DNA of 64,000 nucleotides from an uncultured Acidimicrobiia bacterium (GTDB lineage Bacteria; Acidobacteriota; Terriglobia; Versatilivoradales; Versatilivoraceae): NCBI GenBank assembly GCA_963786955.1, contig CAWBAT010000006.1, positions 480,001 to 544,000 of the forward strand, read 5' to 3'. Shown piece by piece: positions 56,024 to 64,000 of this stretch (position 1 is its first letter; each line of letters starts with the position of its first letter). The notes under the pieces were generated by a model. It saw only the letters and a program-made list of their open reading frames with translations, ran no database searches and was not told where the DNA came from. The position numbers and the translations under genes were made by a program.

Positions 56024-57437
56024 ATGAAGATTGTCTTCCTTTCCACTTATGATCTAGGCCGTCAGCCTTTCGGTTTGGCTTCCCCAGCTGGCTGGCTCCG
56101 CAGATGCCGGCTTCGAGGTCGAATGCATTGACCTCTCACGGCAACAATTTCCGCAAGCAGCCTTGGATCGGTAGACGTCATCGGGTTTTACCTCCCCATG
56201 CATACGGCTACTCGCCTGGCGATTCCTCACCTGAAACAGGCCCGGAAAATCAGTCCGGAGGCAGTCATCTGCTGTTATGGCCTGTATGCTCCAATGAACG
56301 AAACGTTTCTTAGAAGCCTTGGTGTTGAGGTCATCTTGGGGGGCGAATTTGAGGAGGACTTGCTGAAACTGGCTCAGCAAGTCGGGCAGCACAGCAGACT
56401 TTCTCCAACGAGGCTTCTCCGTCGGGATCTCCAATTCGATCGCGCGACAGCGCTTTCAAGTCCCGGATCGAAGCGATCTCCCTGATTTGAGCCGATATGC
56501 TCAATTGATCTTACCTGGGGGTGAGCGCCGGGGCGTTGGGTCTACCGAAGCCAGCCGAGGCTGTAAGCACTTGTGCGGCATTGCCCTATCGTTCCAATCT
56601 ACAATGGACAATTCCGGATCGTGCAGGCGGAGATTGTGCTGGCTGATATCGCCCAGCAGGTAGAGGCCGGGGCGACGCACATCTCTTTTGGAGATCCGGA
56701 TTTTTTTAACGGCCCTGGGCATTCTTTAAAGATCATTCGAACCCTTCATGAGCATTATCCAGCAGTTAACCTACGATGTCACCATCAAGATCGAACATCT
56801 CTTGAAGCACTCGTCCCATCTTGAAGATCTCAAGGAAACCGGCTGTCTTTGGGTGACCAGCGCCGTTGAATCGATCGACGATCGCGTCCTCAAGTTGCTG
56901 GATAAAGGCCACACAAAAGAAGATTTTCTTAAGGTCCTCTAATGCTTTAGAGAGATTGGGACTCAATTTGTCCCCGACATTTGTGCCCTTCACTCCGTGG
57001 ACAACCCGGGAAGGGTATCTCGAACTATTACAATTGCTGGCCGAGGAGAAACTTGATCGAGCAGGTTGCTCCGATTCAGTTGGCCATTCGCCTTCTGATT
57101 CCTTCTGGATCTAAGCTGCTCGAATTGCCGGAGATTCAACAAGTTATTCATAGGGTTCGACGAGGCCTCTCTCTGTCATCGGTGGGACCACGAAGATTCC
57201 AGCATGGATGAACTCCCGAATCAGATCCGCCATTTAATCAGGAGATCTGAATTCAGTCCATGGACCGCAGACAAATCTTCAGCGCAATTGGGCAGCTCAG
57301 CCAATCAATCGAAAGTCGAAAGCGAGCCATCTTTCCCGGATCTAAACTCGCCACTACCCCGTGCCGCTATTCCCTATCTCAGCGAAGCCTGGTATTGCTG
57401 TGCCGAACCCAATGAAGACCAGCTGGCTCATGTGTAG
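56024..57437 (+). CDS. CUAEP/CCAEP-tail radical SAM protein (Cys form; many frameshifts)
   Basis: Reconstructed MKIVFLSTYDLGRQPFGLASP.., PMHTATRLA, TEASRGCKHLCRHCP (CxxxCxxC), HISFGDPDFFNG, PTFVPFTPWTT and the tail PYLSEAWYCCAEP. Confidence 0.85.
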
Positions 57438-57461
57438 ACATTTCGTGAAAGCGCGTCTCGG

Positions 57462-58726
57462 ATGAAAACCAAACGGCTCTTGCTCCTTTTCACGACAACC
57501 GGGTATAACGCAGAGGATTTTGCCAGGGCTGCCCAAAAACTCGAGGTAGAGGTAGTTTTCGGAACGGACCGTTGCCGTGTTCTCAATGATCCATGGAGAG
57601 ATGCTGCCATCGCACTGCGATTTCACCGCCCTGTTGAAGCGGTCCGTCTTATCCGAAAATATGCGAAAACCCGACCGATCGACGCAGTGATAGCTGTTGG
57701 CGATAAACCCACTGTCACTGCTTCGCTGATTTGCGAGGCTCTCGATCTTCCCGTCAATTCACCCCAAGCGGTTCAACAATGTCGCAACAAATTTGAATTC
57801 CGGAATGCGTTACGAAACTCTGGATTACTCGTACCCGGGTTTCACAGGTTTGCCCTTGATCGAGATCCGCAGACACTCTTGCGTCATGTTCAGTTTCCCT
57901 GCGTTTTGAAACCGCTGGCACTCTCGGCGAGTCAGGGGGTTATTCGTGCCGATAACGAGATTCAATTTCGGGAAGCTTTTCATCGCATTCGCTGCTTGCT
58001 CGAAACCCCTGCAATCCGGATCTTAAAAGATCCCAGCAATCAGTACCTCATGGTTGAAGACTATATCGAAGGAAAAGAAGTTGCTCTTGAGGGACTGCTC
58101 TCCAAAGGTCGTCTCCGCGTCTTGGCACTCTTTGATAAGCCGGATCCCCTGGAAGGTCCTTTCTTTGAAGAGACCATCTACGTGACCCCCTCCAGAAATA
58201 GCAAACGAATGCAACGCCGGATCGCCGATTGTGCCTCAGCAGCAGCTCAGGCTCTCGGACTTCGCGACGGCCCAGTGCATGCGGAATTCAGGATCAACAA
58301 ACGCGGAGTCTGGATCTTGGAATTGGCCGCGCGCTCTATTGGCGGACTCTGCTCCAGAACACTCCGCTTCGGAACAGGCATGTCCTTGGAAGAGGTGATT
58401 ATCCGTCACGCCCTCGGAATGAAGACTCATTCCACTCAACGAGAGTCAGAAGCTGCCGGAGTCCTAATGCTTCCCATCCCTGGAAAGGGCTATCTCCGAT
58501 CGGTTGAAGGAATGGTAGAGCCAAGCAGGTGAAAGGAATACAGGAAGTCACCATCACTGCTAAGCTCGGCCAGAAGCTGGTTCCCTGGCCGGAAGGTTCC
58601 AGTTATCTGGGATTCATTTTTCCCGCAACACTTCGCCTGATCAGGTCGAGCAGGCTCTGCGAGCCGCTCATTCCAAAATTGTTTTTGAGCTATCACCTGA
58701 ACTGCCTGTTCTTAATAGTCGGCTGA
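57462..58726 (+). CDS. ATP-grasp domain protein (3' frameshifts; exact end uncertain)
   Basis: CRNKFEFR, FPCVLKPLALSASQGVIRAD, VEDYIEGKE, GPVHAEFR and LELAARSIGG. Confidence 0.88.
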
Positions 58727-59117
58727 GGATGGAGTCTGCTGTTTGCCTTGGCGGTTCGCGTGCTTTCAAACCAGGAAAGTAATACGGATTTTCTCCTGGC
58801 CGAAAATATTTAAATAAATCACTGGAATGCTTTGTCGCCCTGAGCTAAAGTGTAGCCAGTTTGATATAACCACTATTTTTTTTGAGAGCGCTTGAATCAA
58901 CAGGGAATCTAGATGATTCTTGGGGCCATCCGAAACCTTTATCTCGAGTTGGGTTTCGTCTCTTAATTGGCTCTACGGTTGCCGCAGCGGTTTATTTCTA
59001 CAACGGGATCGTATTCGCTGCTGTCCAACTACTGAGGACCACGCCCGGCTATCTCCCATGACGCCTGGCGACAGCTCATCTTTCATGGCCGTGTCTCGGA
59101 GTACTCGAGGAGGTTCA

Positions 59118-59324
59118 TTGGACAACGAAAACTCTATGCTCACAGAAGAAACAGAACTGACCGATGCAGAAATGCTGTATCAACTCATTGCCCTGCGCGC
59201 CTATTTGATTTACGAAGCCCGGGGCTGTGTAGATGGTTTTCACGAGCAGGACTGGCTGCAAGCAGAAAGCGAGATCATCGCTGAAATAGTTCAACCCGAG
59301 AGAACTGCCGCCGCCAGCGCTTGA
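59118..59324 (+). CDS. DUF2934 domain protein
   Basis: IALRAYLIYEARG..G..EQDWLQAESEI. TTG start after a GGAGG RBS. Confidence 0.8.
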   Translation: MDNENSMLTEETELTDAEMLYQLIALRAYLIYEARGCVDGFHEQDWLQAESEIIAEIVQPERTAAASA

Positions 59325-59839
59325 ATCGTTCGACCAACATCACAAATGCAGGATGGTGATCCACTTCAATATGGGACCAGTTTTTTTGCGTCTGGGATTC
59401 GTCAGAGTTTGAAAAGATCATTGTGGCAAGACTTTTCTCATCAAGGACCGAATAGAGCAAATCCTCTATAACTTAAAGAATTTCAGCCCGCTTGAAGCTA
59501 GGCAAAATCAAATATATATTCCTCAGGACTAGCCTTCTACATTGCCACTGCCTCCACTCTGGGTCTCTCTCTCGCGAAGACGGAAGCCCAATTCCCTTCC
59601 GCAATGGCAATACGTCTGCAGCCCTCATAGAAACAACCTTAAGCTCATTTCTCCCCAACGATAACTTTCCTTCTCCGTCGTAAAATCATTATTCATTCGT
59701 AGGACATTCATCAGCCTTGACCGCTAGTCCGGGATCAGGTAAGAGAAGCAGTAAAAGATTATTTGGCTCTGAAAGAAGTCTGTACATTCAGTTATCATCT
59801 ATTGTAATCTAGGACAAGTTGCACAAATTCGCGGTAATT

Positions 59840-59890
59840 GTTGTAGCCGGGGTCGTTGCCCCCGGGCCTAAACAACGGGGCCAGCTACAA
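59840..59890. repeat. GTAG-type REP pair
   Basis: TTGTAGCCGGGGTCGTTGCCCCGG..GGGGCCAGCTACAA. Confidence 0.65.
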
Positions 59891-59962
59891 GAGAAATTTC
59901 TGCAAGTTAGTACTAGGACCTTATGTTGGCTTGATCACGCGATAAAAAACAAGGGAGGAATC

Positions 59963-61333
59963 ATGAATCGCAGGCAATTTATTAAGCAAGGATCTGTTTT
60001 AAGTGCTGCGGCAGGAATTTCCAGCCTTACTTCCCAGACGAAAGTGGTGGCAGCCAACGACCGCATTGGCGTTGGGTTGATCGGGTGTGGCGGGATGGGC
60101 CGCATGAACTTGACCGACTTCATGAAAAATCCGGAAGTCGAGGCGGTCGCCGTATGCGATGTCTTTCAAGGAAATCTGGAAAAGGCTTTGGCCGTAACGC
60201 AAGGAAAGGCCAAAACTTATCATGACTTCCGAAAGGTACTCGAGAATAAAGATATCGACGCCGTCATCATCGCCACTCCAGATCACTGGCACCCGCTGAT
60301 CATGATCAGCGCCTGCGAAGCCGGCAAAGACGTCTATGTTGAGAAACCGGTGTCCAATCGCATTCGGGAAGGGCGCTTAATGGTGGAAGCGGCTCGTCGT
60401 ACAAATCGGGTGGTGCAGGTTGGACTGCAGCAGAGGTCTGGGACACACTTCCAGCGCGCCGTCAAGATGATCCAGGAAGGTCAGATCGGAAAGGTTTACT
60501 ACGCTCAATGTTGGAATCATGAATTCTCCAAACAAGAAGGGATGGGGAATCCCCCGGACAGCGATCCGCCTCCGGGGCTGGATTGGGATTTCTGGTTGGG
60601 ACCCGCCCCCAAAGTGCCGTTCAACAAAAACCGCTTTGGCGGGACGTTTCGGTGGTTCTTCGATTATGGAGGGGGAAAGCTCGCCGACTGGGGAACCCAT
60701 TTGATCGATATCGTCCACTGGGCTATGAAAGTGGAAGCTCCCCTGAGCGCGACCTCATCTGGAGGGAAACTTTATTTGACGGACAACCGCGAGACTCCTG
60801 ACACGCAGTGCGTGATTTATGAGTATCCCGGATTCTTGCTTCAATATTCTATCCTGAATCACAATACCTATGGCCATACTGGAAATTGGGGGGCCAAACC
60901 CTTTGGCAGCTATGGGATTCTCTTCCACGGAACCTTGGGAACCCTATTTATTGACCGGGCTGGCTACGAGGTGACCTCCCAGCCAGAGATGAATTCTGAC
61001 CCCACGGGTACATCGGTTCGTGACATCGACGATCTGACCGGAACGAGCCTTTATTACACAACCAAGTTGACGCCCTCGCGAGGAACCACCTCAGTACAAC
61101 ACCTTCCGCACGTTCAAAATTTCCTGGCGTGCATGAAGACTCGCCAAAGACCCAACGCCGATATTGAAGTGGGACATCGGACAACAACTGCCTGTCACTT
61201 AGGGAACATCTCGCTCCGCGTAGGCCAAAAGATTCACTGGGATGCGAAAACAGAACAGATTATCGATAACGCCAAGGCAAATGAGATGGTCACCAAGCAG
61301 TACCGAGCTCCTTGGAACCTGCCCGGGATGTAG
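59963..61333 (+). CDS. Tat-exported Gfo/Idh/MocA oxidoreductase
   Basis: Twin-arginine signal MNRRQFIK, IGCGGMG, ATPDHWH, DVYVEKP and DWGTHLID. Confidence 0.92.
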   Translation: MNRRQFIKQGSVLSAAAGISSLTSQTKVVAANDRIGVGLIGCGGMGRMNLTDFMKNPEVEAVAVCDVFQGNLEKALAVTQGKAKTYHDFRKVLENKDIDAVIIATPDHWHPLIMISACEAGKDVYVEKPVSNRIREGRLMVEAARRTNRVVQVGLQQRSGTHFQRAVKMIQEGQIGKVYYAQCWNHEFSKQEGMGNPPDSDPPPGLDWDFWLGPAPKVPFNKNRFGGTFRWFFDYGGGKLADWGTHLIDIVHWAMKVEAPLSATSSGGKLYLTDNRETPDTQCVIYEYPGFLLQYSILNHNTYGHTGNWGAKPFGSYGILFHGTLGTLFIDRAGYEVTSQPEMNSDPTGTSVRDIDDLTGTSLYYTTKLTPSRGTTSVQHLPHVQNFLACMKTRQRPNADIEVGHRTTTACHLGNISLRVGQKIHWDAKTEQIIDNAKANEMVTKQYRAPWNLPGM

Positions 61334-61660
61334 ACCTGTTGAGGATTGCGTTACCCTCACAGCTAGAAGTTGGAAACGCAAAGATCGCTAAGTGAAGCCC
61401 AAATTTCTCACCGCCAGCCGGAGCATTAGGTCATGTGGCCTACAACCATTGTAGGCCGGCTGACTTCACCCAATGCACACGACAATTTTGAAATTCAGAT
61501 TGTTCCTGTTCTACTTGGTGGCCAGAGATACGGGTTTGAAGCGCGAGTGATCGTCGACGAACTAGCTAACGACATGCTCACTCTGCGGCTAACTGTACCG
61601 TGTATTTTTTCTTGGCGTTCTTGGCGTTTCGTTCTTCAGGCAGCAGGCTGGCAAAAGATC

Positions 61661-62189
61661 TTATTTTTTCAGTTTTTCCAGAAACTGCTTGCGAAACTTG
61701 GCTACTTTGGGGGCGACTACAAAACGGCAGTAAGGCTGGTCAACATTGTTCAGGAAGTATTCCTGGTGATAGTCCTCAGCCCGATAGAACTCCTGGAGTG
61801 GGGTCACCTGGGTGACAATCGGAGTCATCCCATACTTTTTTTTATTGAAGTCATCGATTACCTGTTCTGCGACCACCGCTGCTCCGGGTTGTGACAAAAG
61901 ATCACCGAACGATATTGGGTTCCGACGTCAGCTCCTTGCTGGTTCAATGTGGTCGGGTCATGAATGGAAAAAATACTTCCAGGATTTCCTTGAAGGAAAT
62001 GACTTGGGGGTCAAACGTCAGTTGTACAACCTCGGCATGGCCAGTCGTGCCGTTACAGACCTGCCGGTAGGTCGGATTGGGGGTACTGCCTCCCGAGTAG
62101 CCTGATTCCACTTTGACCACACCCTTCAAATCAAGGAATACCGCTTCCAAACACCAGAAGCAGCCACCGCCAAGAGTAGCTAATTCCAA
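61661..62189 (-). CDS. msrA: Peptide methionine sulfoxide reductase MsrA (frameshifted; start uncertain)
   Basis: [35 protein letters not shown] and QPYC. Confidence 0.93.
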
Positions 62190-62344
62190 TAAAGGGTTCG
62201 TGCTTTTTTTAAACTCTCAGAAGACTTCCATCGGGACTGAAATCCTTTCTTCAATTCGGAATACAGCTAAGTATATCCTGAGTGCCATTGTCCATCGAAA
62301 ACAATTCATTAATGAATCATCGGCTCCCCTCGCACCGGACGATT

Positions 62345-62646
62345 GGATGGAGGGCGGAGTCCGCCTTATGGCGGGGAACGCATGTTTAGTGGAGCGGGCG
62401 CGTGGGAACGCCGTCCCCCGGCGCACGCGTGAACGCGCGCGGAGCTCGCGTTCCACCCTAGATTACATCGGCCTTTCGGGAGTTTAGCCTTGAGGCGATT
62501 GGATGGAGGGCGAAGTCCGCGCATGGCGGCCGACGCCTGTTTGGTAGCGACGAACACCCTAATTGTTGTTATGCTGAAGATTCGCGCCGTTGTAGCCGGG
62601 GCCGTTGGCCCCGGACAAGACCGGCCTCAGCGAGGCCGGTTACAAT
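62345..62646. repeat. Mixed REP cluster (GGAG-type and GTAG-type palindromes)
   Basis: TGGAGGGCG(G/A)AGTCCGC occurs twice; GTGGAGCGGGCGCG..CGCGTTCCAC; TTGTAGCCGGGGCCGTTGGCCCCGG..CCGGCCTCAGCGAGGCCGGTTACAA. Confidence 0.7.
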
Positions 62647-62694
62647 CTCATACAACAGGGGTGGACGCCTGTCACATCTTGTGGGGCCTCGCAT

Positions 62695-63033
62695 ATGACT
62701 GAAGAAGATATCCACCAACTCATCGAACAGGAGCTAGGCGAGTCGTCGAACTGGGCGGCCCCAACGAAACCAGAGATTCTTTCACGGCTAGTTCGTCCAC
62801 GAAAAATGCCATTTCTGGTCGACATGGACTGGAACCAAGCACTCGACCTCTGGCTCGTTTATGAGAACACAGATGATGGTTTCGAGTTTAAGATCGTGTA
62901 CGACGAAACAACAGGCAAGTTTGGTTTGGCCATCTCTCTGGGGGGGGTTAATCAGGAACTCGTACTTGGTTTCTATCCGAGTTTTCAGGACACTCTAAAG
63001 GAATTCGATCCATCAGAGATTGATCCTCTCTAG
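62695..63033 (+). CDS. Small acidic hypothetical protein
   Basis: Natural-looking 112-aa ORF (LWLVYE..FKIVYDE..FGLA..GFY). Confidence 0.6.
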   Translation: MTEEDIHQLIEQELGESSNWAAPTKPEILSRLVRPRKMPFLVDMDWNQALDLWLVYENTDDGFEFKIVYDETTGKFGLAISLGGVNQELVLGFYPSFQDTLKEFDPSEIDPL

Positions 63034-63445
63034 CTCCTTCACCAAACGGATTACGCGATGAAGCGAATAATTGAATGAATAAGATTACGCGGCACATTGG
63101 GACTTCTCAATCACAACTAGATCAGCAGTTTCTACGATAGATTTTCTTCCACGGAAGCGAATCATCGAATAATTGTCCATTTTGTAGATCATTTCAATCA
63201 CTAACCCAAAATAGTTAGACAGGTTTTGTTTTTGTTGTTCGGGTTTCATCGGATTGCCTCCTCTTTTTGGTTAGGACAATTTATGGTTCCGTTCGATCCA
63301 TTCGCATGAGAGGTTCGTAGAGCATCGACTGTAAAAGAGCAACCCGAGGTTTGGAACCCCGGGTTGCCAATTTCTGAAACGGCTGCGAACCAAGTGAGAT
63401 GAAAGCAACCGTAATTCCGCGAAGGGGTTACTTCTTTCTTTGCAA

Positions 63446-63850
63446 TCAGAATAGTCTTTTCAGTTCGTTCAGTTCCTGCAGCCACTTCTTTCTCGGCACT
63501 GGACTGGACAATTTGCGACCGATCTCTTCTCCAGGGGTCCAAACCTGAGACAAAAAGTAGAATTCGCCATAACGGTTAAAAACCAATTTCCCGTCAACCG
63601 AGATCCGGTTAGCCTGAACAGCATTTTCATGACTACGCAGACCGATGACCATCTGTGCTTCGGATGACGACCATCACCGGGCTCTTAGTTACAACGGAAT
63701 ATTCTCCCGCTGGAAGGGACTGACCTCCAACACGAAACTCAAAAGGAATATTTGTCTTTACCGCGTGGACGACTGGCCATAGACATTCGGTCCAGCCAGC
63801 ACGGCAAACAATGAAACGGCTACTAACAACCAACTAATTTTCTTACTCAT
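63446..63850 (-). CDS. Secreted beta-sandwich hypothetical protein of acidobacterial type (frameshifted)
   Basis: RBS AGGAGAGG; signal peptide MSKKISWLLVAV..; NIPFEFRVGGQSLPAGEYSV and KLVFNRYGEFYFLSQVW. Confidence 0.7.
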
Positions 63851-64000
63851 TTGACCTCTCCTTTTTTGTTGAGGCTACGACCGAAGCTAGCCGTTTACCG
63901 GTTAAATAGGAGTGGCGTTGGTTGCGCCTCCAACGGCTTCCCATCCTCTGATTCAGACCCAATCTGCTTAAGAGTTTCAACTGGATTGATTAACCAATTG

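Noticed and set aside
63860-63960. Possible structured leader (c-di-AMP riboswitch-like CTGAATC) upstream of the last gene
   Set aside because: The other conserved ydaO elements are absent and the region is cut by the window edge, so it cannot be supported.

Overview
This is a bacterial chromosomal window, most likely from an Acidobacteriota genome (inferred from gene style: TonB C-terminal protein, secreted 'IPFEF..LPAGEY' protein, TMTC-like TPR protein). It holds about 47 protein genes, and I found no rRNA, tRNA or CRISPR array. About 20 genes are broken by single-base indels, which looks like long-read consensus error rather than true pseudogenisation. Content includes an orphan mreB with a PilZ gene, inositol-type TIM-barrel enzymes, a lower-GC amino-sugar/lipid-carrier glycosylation locus, a Na+/sugar symporter, a REP-associated tyrosine transposase with many palindromic REP/REPIN elements, pcrA/uvrD, a matrixin protease pair, CoA-dependent catabolic genes, a PAS-GGDEF-EAL protein, an M16 peptidase, ipdC, yggX with a CCAEP-tail radical SAM and an ATP-grasp gene, and msrA. 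The five most notable observations are: (1) a ClpA/B AAA+ module fused to an RF2-like release-factor scaffold lacking GGQ and SPF; (2) a yggX/CCAEP-tail radical SAM/ATP-grasp operon; (3) an intact GlnD paralog with both catalytic sites degenerate; (4) a RAYT bracketed by duplicated REPIN modules; (5) a prodomain-less matrixin coupled to a TIMP/NTR-like partner. All family calls come from motif recognition by eye; no searches were run.
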